A stretch of 64,000 nt of DNA from Nemertoderma westbladi (lineage: Eukaryota > Animalia > Xenacoelomorpha), in assembly GCA_032718475.1 (NCBI GenBank), contig JAUCBJ010003414.1, forward strand, positions 1,667-65,666, given 5' to 3'. A model generated the notes under the pieces. That model worked only from the letters and a program-made list of their open reading frames with translations. It was not told the DNA's origin and ran no database searches. Position numbers and translations under genes: made by a program. Positions 39,291-51,800 of the stretch are shown here, piece by piece; the stretch's first letter is position 1, and every line of letters starts with the position of its first letter.

Positions 39291-40955
39291 AGAAGGCTTG
39301 CGAGCCTACCAGACACATTGAAACTAGCCACTGCAGCGGACGAAGACGTGGACGAGGACCATGGCGCAGTGCAAGCAGCGCTTGACCGACTGCTGACTCA
39401 ACGGACCATTAAATGGTTGGAACAGGACTCAGCAGAACCCGGTAGTTACGAGACCGCTATGTCAGAACAGGAAAAACGGTCATTAAATATTATGAGAGAT
39501 ACCATTCGCCAGACCGCGAATGGCCACTACGAGGTTGGCATATTGTGGTGCAATGGACAAACTAAACTCGTTAACAACTACCCACTTGCTTTGAGGCGAC
39601 TCAAATCAATAAGGCAGCGATTGTTGCGTGATGAGACGGCCCATATGCAATACAATGCGCAACTTCAGACGTATCTCCAAAAGGGATATGCCATTAGGAT
39701 GTTAAATCCCGAGGTAACCACAGATCAGACATATTACCTGCCACATCATTTTGTTCGACACCCGGACAAACCTGGCGAGGTGCGTGTAGTCAACGACTGC
39801 GCTGCGCTTTACCAAGGGATGTCTATGAACAGCGAATTGATGGACGGGCCGAATATGAATAATTACCTCATGGTAGTCCTAATGCATTTTAGACAACGCA
39901 AAGTGGCATTCACCTGTGACATAGAGGCCATGTTTCACCAGGTTAAGGCTTTGGAGCGGGACAGGGACAGCTTGAGGTTTCTTTGGTATCCGGACGGAAA
40001 TTTAGAACTTCCGCCAGAAACTTACCAAATGCAGGTAAGAGTTTTTGGAACCAGGGACAGCCCCAACTGCACCATATACGCCTTAAAGCAGACAGCATTG
40101 GACAGACAAGACCAATTTGACCCAGAAGTAGTTCGGACAGTGGAACGAGATTTCTACGTGGATGACGGCCTCAAGAGTTGTGACACTCTGGAGTGCGCTA
40201 CGACCGTAGCACACCAACTCCAGGATTGTCTTGCTGAGGGCGGATTCCGCCTTATGAAGTTCGCTTCCAACAAACCCGAACTAGTGAACTCATTCGACCC
40301 GATGGATCGCAGTGGAGGTGACTTAGACTTAGACCTAGAACCTCTACCTACGACCAAAGTATTAGGACTTAGTTGGGACCCTAACACCAACAATTTTAGG
40401 GTACATGTAAGGTCCAACGACCAGACTAGACCTCTCACTAAGAGGACTTGCTTATCGACCATGAATTGATTGTATGACCCATTGTGTTTCATTAGTCCAG
40501 TGATCCTACATGCTAGGATCATACTCCGCAGCATTTGGCAAGCCGGACTGGAATGGGACGATCCCATCCCAGAAAAGTTAGCTGAGCAATGGAGGGACTG
40601 GGAAGCCCAACTGACATTCCTACAAGACTATACCATACCAAGGGTATACTTTCCTTTGCAGACCACCTTTCCTGCCGATTTAGAGCTTCACAGATTTAGT
40701 GACGCTAGCAAGGATGGATTGGGGGTTACTTTATACCTTAGACGACAAGTGACATCGGACAGCTACGAAGTGTCTCTCGTTACTTCAAGGGCTAGAACAA
40801 TGCCGTTGAAGTATATGACTCTAGTTCAACGCGAGCTGGAGGCTAACTTGAAGGTCACATATTGGACGGATGCGACGTTGGTACTTTGGTACATAAACGA
40901 CGAATTATCAATTGCGATATTTCGCATGAGAGTTCACAGCGATCAATCAAGGTAA
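39291..40955 (+). pseudogene. A2 reverse transcriptase and RNase H
   Basis: YYLPHH, DIEAMFHQV, FGTRDSP, FYVDD, YDPL, LHRFSDAS and YWTDA motifs of BEL/Pao. Confidence 0.96.
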
Positions 40956-40977
40956 ACAGATCAAGTCTTCACCGATT

Positions 40978-41912
40978 TTGAGTTGGAGTCCGATTATTTA
41001 CAGGGGCTTACTTTGTCACAAGTCCAGACTCCAGAACATTGACTTTGCACTAGACTTTAGGTATCCTATCATCATACCGCAACACCATGAGTTACAGCGC
41101 GCTATGATACTGGACGCACATGTACAACTCAAACACGTGGGTAGACATCACTGCCTATCACACTTACGATCGAGGTTTGTACTGATTGGGCCTAGCAAGG
41201 CACTGAGTTCGGTAACACGGAACTGTATGATTTGTAAGAAGGTGCACGCGAGAATAGGACACCAAGAAATGAGTGAACTACCACTAGTGAGATTACAGGC
41301 GTTTAGACCCCCTTTCACTGAGACAGGGATAGACTGTTTTGGACCTATAATCGCGAAACGTGGAAGGATACAGGTAAAACGTTGGGGATTAATCTTCACC
41401 TGCATGGCCAGCAGAGCTTTCCATATTGAGCGTGTGACAGACTTGACCACCAAAGCCTTTATCCTAGCCTTACGGCGATTTATCGCTAGACGTGGATTGG
41501 TCAAATCCATTTATTGTGACCAAGGGACAAACTTTGTGGGTGCACGGAATGAGATAACCAGAGCTTTAAGAAAGTTGGACCAAGACCAGATTTCCGAGGA
41601 ACTACATCCTCACCATATTGTTTGGAACTTCAACACTCCAGACAGTCCGTGGAGAGGCGGCATTTGGGAAAGGCTGATTGGCTCAATCAAAACAGCTATG
41701 GCTAAAGTATTACCGACGCAACACATTTTGACAGACGACCAACTGACGACGTTGTTAATAGAAATTGAAGCGATTTTGAACACACGACCGATCGCTTTGA
41801 TCCCAAACAATAACGACGCACAGTTTGCCTTGACACCAGCGTACCTGCTTATGCAGGCGCCGATGAAATTGTTGCCCACTTCGGTACCTGTTGATAGCGA
41901 TGGATACGGAAA
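40978..41912 (+). pseudogene. A2 integrase (HHCC and DDE core), C-terminus deleted
   Basis: HVQLKH..CMIC, GIDCFGP, CDQGTNF and GGIWERLI motifs. Confidence 0.96.
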
Positions 41913-43021
41913 CACATATCTCTACCGGACTTAGTATGCAACTGGTGCGGGGATCAACGTTCGCACACTTTCTACACTTGTTGGCGTTTCGTGGCGCAGT
42001 GCACGTATTGGAATATTTAAGGTCATAGGGCATCCGAATGTCAACTTAGGGACATCCCCTATGAGCACATGTCAGTTAAAATCATTCGACAGCTATTCGA
42101 CCATTGGGAGAATCTAGCAGACGAGCATGTATCGACACAGTGACGCCGTTTCCCTATGAGAGCACACTTGGGATTTTGGGCCGTAAACCCTCTCATAATG
42201 TCGAAGGAAGGATACGTGTCAGCTATGCCTCAATATGATGAACTCTTGGAGGTGCTGGATATATTGCCATTGGATAGCGGATTTAAGGTTGTACGGGACT
42301 ACTTTCTACAGGTACACCCCGACAACAAGAACACTTGGAACTTTCAAACTATGGTGAACAAGATTACCGCCAGGGAATTCGACAAATTGCGAGTCGAACA
42401 GCGGAATGCCTGGCAGGAGCCTGGCATTCGACAGCTTGGGCATACCGGAGCGCATTTTATCGCAAACGCGTAACCTCGTGTATTTTAGACGAGACGGACG
42501 TTTTGCGTGAGACTGGCTTGAAGGCCACGCTGTTAGCCGAAAAGACGCGTCACCCACAGGATGATCTGCAACTTCGTATACTTAGAGCCCAGAAGGCCGG
42601 ACAAGAGATAAAGAAGGTAGTAAATGTCGCCGAGAGGACAACATCGAAGTCGCAAATCCGGATGACTCGGGGCACGATTTCCCTAGCTAGAGAACCACGC
42701 GGAGGGACAGGATACGCTTTGCCGGAACCCATTAGAATTCAGACGACGTCAGAGAGCGAGGTGTCAGCGGACGGAACAGTCCCACCCTTTCGACTTCCTC
42801 CCAGCGTTGTGGAGACTCGATCCGATGTTAAGCCAACAATTGGAATCGGACGAGGATTTAGAGGACTGAGCGCACGACGGATGTGCGAAACTCCCGTCGT
42901 CCCCTTTCCTAGCGTTTTGGAACCACCGACAGCTCGACACCGAAGTCCGAGTCCAGTTCGATCCCGACCACCACCCAATCATATTAGAGGGCGTGGACGA
43001 GCCCATTCGGCCAAGGAATAG
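41913..43021 (+). pseudogene. A2 remnant of the accessory zinc-knuckle gene
   Basis: Homologous to 5273-4166 of A1; joined to integrase by a deletion with AACA microhomology. Confidence 0.88.
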
Positions 43022-43686
43022 GAGAGCGAGATGAAGAAAGGAAGGCTTGCGAGCCTACCGATTGGATATTATATTCGGATATTTTATTTGGATGTTTATA
43101 TTGGATATTTATATTGGATATTTATATTTGGATATTATATTTGGGTATTTATATTGGATGTTGGGTTTAGAGGAGCGAGATAGAGAAGGAAGGCTTGCGA
43201 GCCTACCGTTAGCAATTAGTGCTCAGGAGAAGATATCCAGACCAGCAGGACGAACTATTGAGCTCGTCAGGAGGACACGTTAAGACCTATTTGAAAGTTA
43301 TTAGCGCATTATGTTTATTATATATTTAAGACTGATTTAATTTGGTAAATTTATTATGTATATTTGTAATATATGAAAGATTATTGAAAGCTTTGTAATT
43401 ATTTTTTTGATTTGTTCCGATTTGTATTGTTCTGATTTTGTTTAATTTGCCTATCTTGATAACCGAAAGCTTTTTTTTGTATTTTATGCACTAAAGTTAA
43501 TTGGTAAATTTGTATTTTGTATGTATGATGGATTGTATTTACGCCGTACCTGCAATATTAAGTATGCAATAATTAGGTAGTGATTATTTTATATTTTAGG
43601 CCCCACCAGTAGATTTGGAAGTATTTTGTAAATAGTTTATATGTCGATTGGTGACAACAGTCTTACTTACTGTTTTCATGGAGCGG

Positions 43687-45637
43687 TGATGGATTATTTC
43701 ACTATAAGATAGCATTTGTAGTTTAACGTAAAAACTTTCTGAAATCAGACGCATTTTGATTAAGTTACAGTAATGTAATATGCCTATTCTTATTAGTACA
43801 CATAAAACCCATAGTTAATGTCATGGCATAGTGGTCAGATGGTTAAGGCGTTGGTTACATTACAGATAGGATACGAGTTTGAATCCCAGTCGGGAAATTT
43901 GCATTTTTGGGCAATTTATTTTCATTTGGTATAATTAGATAAACCAATGAAGTGCGTACAACACATGGAACGATGAGTTGGGCCAATCATAGGGCATAGA
44001 ACATCTTATTGCTCCAATGTGAGGCCATGGAATACTCTGGAAGGTTCTAGCGGATTCTATGTCCCAGATTTAGTATATAAAGGGCTGGTTTGCCTTCGGT
44101 TAACACACATACACTTGTCCTTGACTCTTGCTTACTATTTAGTTGTCACTTGTTGGATTACACTAGTATTTGTTTTGTTATAAATCTGTTTGATAATCAT
44201 TTGCTAAACTGTAAATATACTGTAAACTTCTGAACATGTATATTTCTAAACGTCCACCTTTGGGACAGCCAAGCATTAGGAAGATGGCCGCCTAGACCGT
44301 TAGGCCGTCAGCAACGCAGGGAATGATGTCCACAACACGCTAGCGCCCACATTAGATTAGACCACGCACCCCCTTCGCCCTACGAAATACTCCACTTTGC
44401 CATGCAGCGCCCGATTTCCTAGGAAGGTAAGACTTTGTTTGACGCCCTTGCCCGACGTAAGACCTATAGATCAGGGTAAGCGTGACGCCGTTCTGGGACG
44501 CCGCAAAATTTAGGATCAAATAATTATATTCAGACAACCCCCCCCCCCCCCCCCCCCCGTCAGTACTGCAAATCCCTGGGTTAACCTGTATACCTCACAG
44601 GTGCGAGCTATTGCCATTCGTCAGTACGTGAGTACACATTAGGTACGGACAGCATATGTTCCATAATTTAGTGATTCGTACTACTGACCGTTTGGTACCG
44701 GTTCGCTTTGTAGAACATATATTAGTACATACATTAGTTACTAACACCGTGGTTGCCCGGTTGAGTTGTGGATAGGAAGGAGAGAGCTTTGACGTCATTT
44801 GTAAGTATAAAGTTCTACAAAACGCGACTAGCTTATTTTCGTAGCTAGCGCACGGTATTGTTTTGGTCAGAAATCACCAAAACCTAGTAAAATGATATAC
44901 ACCAAAATTGTTTTATTGTAACACACCCACACACACACGCCCTAAAACATATTTACCCTTAGAGTTCTACTAGATAGCACACGTTAGATTACTTAGGCAG
45001 AATATATATAACTCACTGTTAGTATTTGTAAATTTAGGATCTGATATTTAGTTACGGCAAGAAGGAGTATTTATTTCGTTATTAAACTGTTGTTTGTCTG
45101 AGCAGCGGTATTGTTACATTAGGCACGACCCTCTTTAGACTGAATTCATACAGGGGGATCAGTATTGTTACGCTAGGTCTGTTAACCCACTAGCTCGTAT
45201 AAAACCATATAAATCACACCGCGGCAAGTTACGGTATTTAGGACTGTCAGTGATAGTTAGGATTCGCTGCGCGGGGATTGTTTTCCCGTGAGTTTGGTCT
45301 GTTACTGTAACTGTACATCTGCCATACCGGTTACAGGACAGGTTTCCTTTTGTCTAGTTCGTAGGCATTAGACCCGCTCACGTACATAGAATAGACACTA
45401 GGCTCTGCTCCTGGTCAGTAGTCTTTTGTGTATTGTATCTGTTTGTTTAGATACCCTGGACTGGGATTTGTTGTCAGATACTGTACGAGCCCGTTTCATT
45501 ACTAGATCTTACGGTAAGATACATCGTTACTAGGATCTGGTAAGCGGTATACTACTGGACTTTACGGTTAGAGGTATTCTATAGCTTCATACTAGTAGAT
45601 TTGTAGGCCGTAGGATAGCCCTTACCGTGTAGAGGAT
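43687..45637 (+). repeat. 3' LTR of A2 (last bases displaced to 58667-58676 by element B)
   Basis: Follows PPT GGAGCGG (43680-43686); includes the tRNA-like cassette at about 43825-43905. Confidence 0.88.
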
Positions 45638-46833
45638 TGTAAAGGCTTTTGCGGATCTAGCTAGTTAATTTCCCCGCAAAGTACTCTGTAGGTGTTTTAG
45701 CGGACATAAAAAGCCGTTTCCTTGCTGTACAGGTGTTTTAGTGGACATAAAAAGCCATTTCTTCTGTATGTGTACTTTAGCGGACATAACTAGCGATTTT
45801 ATGTCGCAATACGCCAAAATACTCTTGATACAGTATAGTTCCGATGACGACATCTATCAGCTGATATGTCCACGTGTAACTTTTTCTTTGTTCTTTGTTC
45901 GGCTCACTCAACCAATCAGAGCGATTTTCTTTGCGTTGGACAGTGCATATAGAAACTCACGCAATTCAGTCAGTGTGTATTTTCCTAAGCCTAGAACACT
46001 GGCTGTGGAATTATTCTGTGTTTCAGACTTTAGCCAAACATTAGAACGGCTTTGATCATAGAAACGTATAACTGTTATCAACCAAATCGCACCTCATATC
46101 ACAAACCGAACTGGTCAGACTCAAATGCTATACATACCTTTCACCGCATTGTTTTACTGCTATTTACTGTCGGTTATTAACTGTATCAGTTGATGGAATA
46201 TTGTTATATTTGGAGAATATCGATAAATAACCATAAAACCCCAATCTTCTTGATATACTGAAGGTTAGAGAGACCGGTTACATATAGCAATTGCGACTTA
46301 CATTATAGTGGTTTTGGAGTGAATTGAATGCTATTTCAGAGGCCCTACATGTGTCGGTTGCTGTTCTCCTTATATATGATTAAAATTAGTGAAGGTCGGC
46401 AGATCGGTGTGCAGCATTGTGCGGTAGTGTGCATGAGTGTGATAGATAACAAAGCATCTCCTAAAGAATGCGCTTTATACGTGAATCATTAGCCATCCTG
46501 TTGTGTTTAGTGTAAGTCATAACTCTGTTTACATACTTAGAGCGCCACGTCCTAAAGGAACTGTTGATATTTCCCGAAAGTGAATAATATTTGTCAGAGA
46601 TTATATATTAACGATCAATCGAATAGTACAGTAGGCCTACACCGCAATAAGGTCAGAGCTTCCGAATCCAGTCTCCCGGGTAAATCCAGTGGGTGAATGG
46701 TCGCGCATAGGCTGGCTTCGGCTAATGTAGTTTTATGTGTATCAAATACTTGTCATAGGCTAAAGTCGATTTATAACCTAGAAGACACCTAAATTTGGCA
46801 GGTTAAACTGCTAAAGGTCTAAAAGCGCGAACA
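45638..46833 (+). repeat. 5' LTR of B (1196 bp)
   Basis: Near-identical to 57467-58666; three U3 repeats TTTAGYGGACATAA, a CCAAT box and a TATA-like element. Confidence 0.95.
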
Positions 46834-48885
46834 ATAACAGTTATAAATTCTGATTGCAGTGTAGAGGCAATAAATACAGTTTACTATTGTTCTGGTAAGA
46901 ACAATAACAGTTATATCTTCTAATTGCAGTGTAGGCAATAAATACAGTTTACTATTGTTCTGGTAAGAACAATAACAGCTATTGCTTCTTTATTGCAAAG
47001 TAAGCAATAAAGGTAAAAGCACCGGTCGACCGGTAACCAGTAGGCCTGACTGCCTAACCACCCGAACCGGTACTTACAGCAGTACAGGTACATCAGTATT
47101 ATTTCGATTGTGATATATTGTATATTGTAGGCTGTTAGGGGATTAGGGATTGATCACCCCTTATTCCTTTGTATGGTCTACTTATTTCTGTCAGTTTTAT
47201 TTATTTGTAGGTTAATATTGAACAGAAGGCGTGTAAGCCTGCTCAGATTGTACAGGTAATTTGTAGGCTGGACTGTTGTCTGACTGTTGTTAAGTCTGAA
47301 GAGATTGCAGTGTGTGTAGAGTGTATGTCCGATAAAGTACTAGTTAGGAACGTGGGGGCTTCCAGTGCTGTAAGGTAAATCCCCCCCCGAAAGAATAAGT
47401 CGTACTACTCGGTTAGAACGCATACTAACTAACCATTTCGGAGTCTGCATGTGCTGTGGTTTATTTAGGCTTGATAGTAGTCTGCCAGCGTTTGGTCTAT
47501 ATTTTGTTTGTGTAGTCTGTACGAGTAGCGTAATATTTATTATTCAGAGTTTATGCGATTATTCGCAACATACATACCCCCAAGTTTATTCCTACAGTAA
47601 TTGTGCTTGTTATACATACCGTTATAGTTAAATTAACCCCGGTACTACATCAGGGCTGTTTGGCGTAGGTAAAGACTGGAGATTTTATGCTTTGGTCACT
47701 CCGGCAGATACCGTGGTTCCTTTAGCTGTTCAAGTATTTTTAACTGCTGGTTATTTGTTGTATAAGTACTTGTACCTAATTTAGGGTTTAGTGTACAGTG
47801 CTTTCCGAAGGTAATTAGTGTGTAGGCAGTATATTTGTGTTGTAAAGTGGTTAATAGGCACGTTGACTCTGGTAGGCCGCGGTAATTAACTTCTAGGTAG
47901 GAACACTCCGTGATACATAATGTAGTACTTATAGCGCTACGGCTATAAGTCGTCAGACGGTGGTATTTTTCCTATCTGGACAACGCAATATATTTACTAC
48001 TGCTTTATTACTTTCAAATACCGTAGTATCCAGTCCGTTTGTAATAACCAGAAATTCTAACCCCTTGTTAGACTGGTTTGTAAATTTCTTGTAAAATTAA
48101 CCCTAAAAATTCGTACGTGTAATTTTTGTGTTTATTTAGAGATTGTAATCTCACCCCGCAATTGTACATAATTTGTAGTAATAAGTAACTTAGGCAAGTA
48201 GAATTATTTGTTTTAGTGTCCAAAACAATAGGTAGCACTTCACTGAGAGCGTACAGCTTCTGTGTAGTGACTCCTTCCCAGAAATAATAACATTTATTTC
48301 AAATATTGACAAAAACCCATTAAACGGGTATATATATTATAAATCAACTCAAACCAATTTATAAAATAGTAGGCCTGTCTTACAACAATTAGGTCTTAAT
48401 GTCAGCTACTGCTACTACTGCTTAAATAACGGTAATAAAGTAAAGTAAAGTAACCAAGTAACCCTAAAATTCAGAAATTCAATTATTCTAAAATAATTGA
48501 TATACCGGTATTCACGATAGGCTTATTATATATTTCTATATATTTGTGCTGAAAATATATACCGGTATTCTGTAATTAATTCTGGACTATAATTATACTT
48601 ATATATACTATAAGTGTAAGCTGTATACCGGTATTCACGATAGGCTTATTATATATTCTATATATTTGTGCTGAAATTATATACCGGTATTCTGTGACAA
48701 ACCTAGTCTGTAATAATACTTATATATACTATAAGTGTATATCGGTATTCTAATATATTGTAAATATATCACGTTACACTGAGTAACGATATCGGTAATT
48801 AATTACTAGGCTAACAGTTGATACTGAATTACTAGACTTGCTTTAACTGTAATATAGCAGTAGGTATTCAACTGTACAAACAAAC

Positions 48886-51800
48886 ATGTCTGACACAAAG
48901 CAAAACCTGTCAGACAGTCTCCTAGATACAACCATCTGTGAACCAGACAGGAGTGTGGAACGTGTGAGACCGAAGTTCAACTCACCTCCTACTGTGAGAA
49001 AGATCATCCCTACAGCAGTAGTGTCAGACCCTAGGCTAGTAGAACACCATAGGTCTATCATAGGCACTCGGGCTCAAGTCAAGCGGGACCAAGAAGCAGC
49101 TGTTAAACAGCAGCAACACTCGAGCCGAGAACTTATTTCTCAGCGGCCTGACAGCTCCAGTAGTCCGGATACTGTAGAGCTGACACCCGAGCGCGGAGTA
49201 AAGATGGCCGATGCGGTTTATTCAGATCCCCTTCTCATCCTTCCTGCAGCCGTACTCACTATTGCAGTGGAAGAACACCAAATTGATTGGGCGAGAAGTA
49301 AGCGATCGACCAAGGATAGTTATGCGGGATACACAAGGGAGGAACTGAGGTCTATTGTCGAGACGCAATGGAACTTCCCCGGACCCGGACTCCCATTTAA
49401 CTTATCAGAAGCTGCCTGGGAGGACTTATACAGGATGGGAGTGGTAAGGTACACTAGGGATTCGGCTATGTGGAAGAGGTTGGCAGCAGGATATGTACAG
49501 AGATTCTTCAGCTCTCTGGGGCGATTGGAGGAGCAGCTGTTTCAGCGGCCTCACGGACCTCAGGAGCAGGGAGAGCTGCTTTATCAAGTTCGCGAACGAG
49601 TTCTGTGGTTCAGACTAATTCTTTCAGCCTTTAAGAAAGTCTCATGGATAAGCCAAGATACGTCGTTGCGGGTCGCCGTAAAGACTTGGTTCCAACGAGT
49701 GAGTCTTAAAGTCCAAGAAATGACTCAATGGAAAGCTCTGCTAACCGAGCGCATGACCCAAGGAGAATCAACAGACGCTGTCTTTTCTCAAGTGGAAAGC
49801 GAAGCGACGGCAGAAAAACCTCAGAAGAAGGACGCAAGCATTACATCATCTGATGAAGGCGATACCACCGATCCTGAAGGTGGAGGAAATAGATCTCGTT
49901 CCAACAGATGTAGAACAATGCCTCACCGTCAGAAATTGCCTAATCTGCCCCCAGCTGTGAGAAGGCAACTAGCTAGCACAGACTTAGGTAGTACAGAACC
50001 CACAGACCAAATTATTACAGTAGAAAGACTCCCTACTATAGTAGATGAGCCTGAAATAATTAGGCCTGTTCTCGAAGCCGTTTGTGCTCCTCTCAGCAGG
50101 TCCGGGAGATGGAAGGGACTGTTCAGCAGTTAAAGGGCACAGTAAGGGAAAGTAGGTTAGAGTTGCAAGAAGTGCAACAGAGTATCGCGTTAGAACGCGA
50201 TAAATTGGTAAATATACAAAAGGGTATACCACCAACCCCTGTAACAATGTGTCAACCTGTTAGGTCTGAAGTATTTCATGCGCAAGGTGTGGAGCCTACA
50301 CGCATCTATACTGCTAGTGAAGTAGAAACTCCTATAGTAAACCCTATTAAGGGTAATTATAAACCTGTTGACAATGATATTCCATATAGACTTGATAATA
50401 ATCCGAGAAATTTATATACCGATAACTCAATATTAAATAACACGATGGCCCAAGAAAGTTTTACGCGTCAAATGGCTAGAACCGAAGCCCATCAAACGGT
50501 AAAGGTGGGAGAGATCGTCAAGTTCAATGGAGATGAGATGAAATGGTTACCTTTTAATGAATATTATAAAGATAACATACAGAACTCTGTGCTATCTAAC
50601 GGAGAGAAACTTATATTCCTCATCGAGTGCTTGGAAGGATCTCCCAAGTTAATGGCGTTAAAGTTTATTGGACATCCAGATAGATTAAGACAAGTTTGGG
50701 ATACACTAAACATCAGGTATGGTAATAGGACTAACATAGCTAGGTATTTATATGCGAAATTAATGGCGCCCCGAAAGTTTCTTAGCAGCGGGATTATAGA
50801 GTTTTCCGACGAGATTCAGGAGATCTGTAGACAACTAGATTGGTTAGGTAAGTCTCATGAATACCAGAATTCTATGGTTGTAGGAGCCTTAGCATCTACT
50901 TTGCCTAAGGGTGGAGTAGGTACACACTGGGACAAGAAAGTGTTATATATGATGGAACAACAACGAAGAGACCCTACCATGGCTGATCTCATGTCATTCT
51001 TAGATGGAGAGGTAAAATTACAGCTCCTAAAGCAGTCCAGAGAGAAGACACCGGAAAATAAGGTAAGTGAGAAACCCGTTTCTAGGAGAAAGGTAATACC
51101 AGTGTGTTATACAGACGACGGCGAAAGCCAGGCTTCTCAAGAGGAAGACAGCGGGAAAGACACTGAAAGATCTTACTATGACAACAAAGCGACTAAGGAC
51201 GTAAGTAAATTCAGGTCTCGAACCAATGACAGGAGAGAACAGGTAAGAAAAACTCCTCCTACGTCTCCTAAGAGAATTCATGGAAGAAAGCCCGAGGAAA
51301 GAACGAGTGTGCACAACGTTATCCAAAGTAAGGTAAGTAACATCAAACCAAAATGTGTGTTGTGCGACGGGCCCTACCGTTTAAGTGCGTGTGATGAATT
51401 CCTGAGGAAATCATTAAAAGATAGACGTGAAGTCATGTGGGATAAGTGGTTGTGTTATAATTGCCTCAGACGAGGACACCAACGACGAAACTGTTACTCC
51501 GACGCAAGGTGTGCTAAGTGCGGCGCAAAACATCATATCTTGTTGCACACTGAATTCGAAAGAAACAGCCCGAGTCAAGTAAGTGAGTCCGAACTACATG
51601 TCCAATTCAGTGATGTGAACAACACTGACCAAAGTTCTGAGATGGAAGGATTCTATACGGATGAATTCTCAGACGAAAACAAATCTTGTTACCTCATAAA
51701 CACCGCAGTGTATCGAGCACTTACGTATGAGACTGAAACCGATAGTGGGCTCCCCCTAACTGTTCCTGACCGACAACCATCTTGGAAAGCGCCAACTTCC

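Noticed and set aside
45741-46055. 104-aa ORF repeated at 57570
   Set aside because: It lies in the LTR over promoter motifs, starts at GTG, and is repeated only because the LTRs are.
50082-50133. Programmed ribosomal frameshift between the 415-aa and 700-aa ORFs of B
   Set aside because: No clear slippery heptamer, the element has other lesions, and BEL gag-pol is usually one ORF; a decay indel is simpler.
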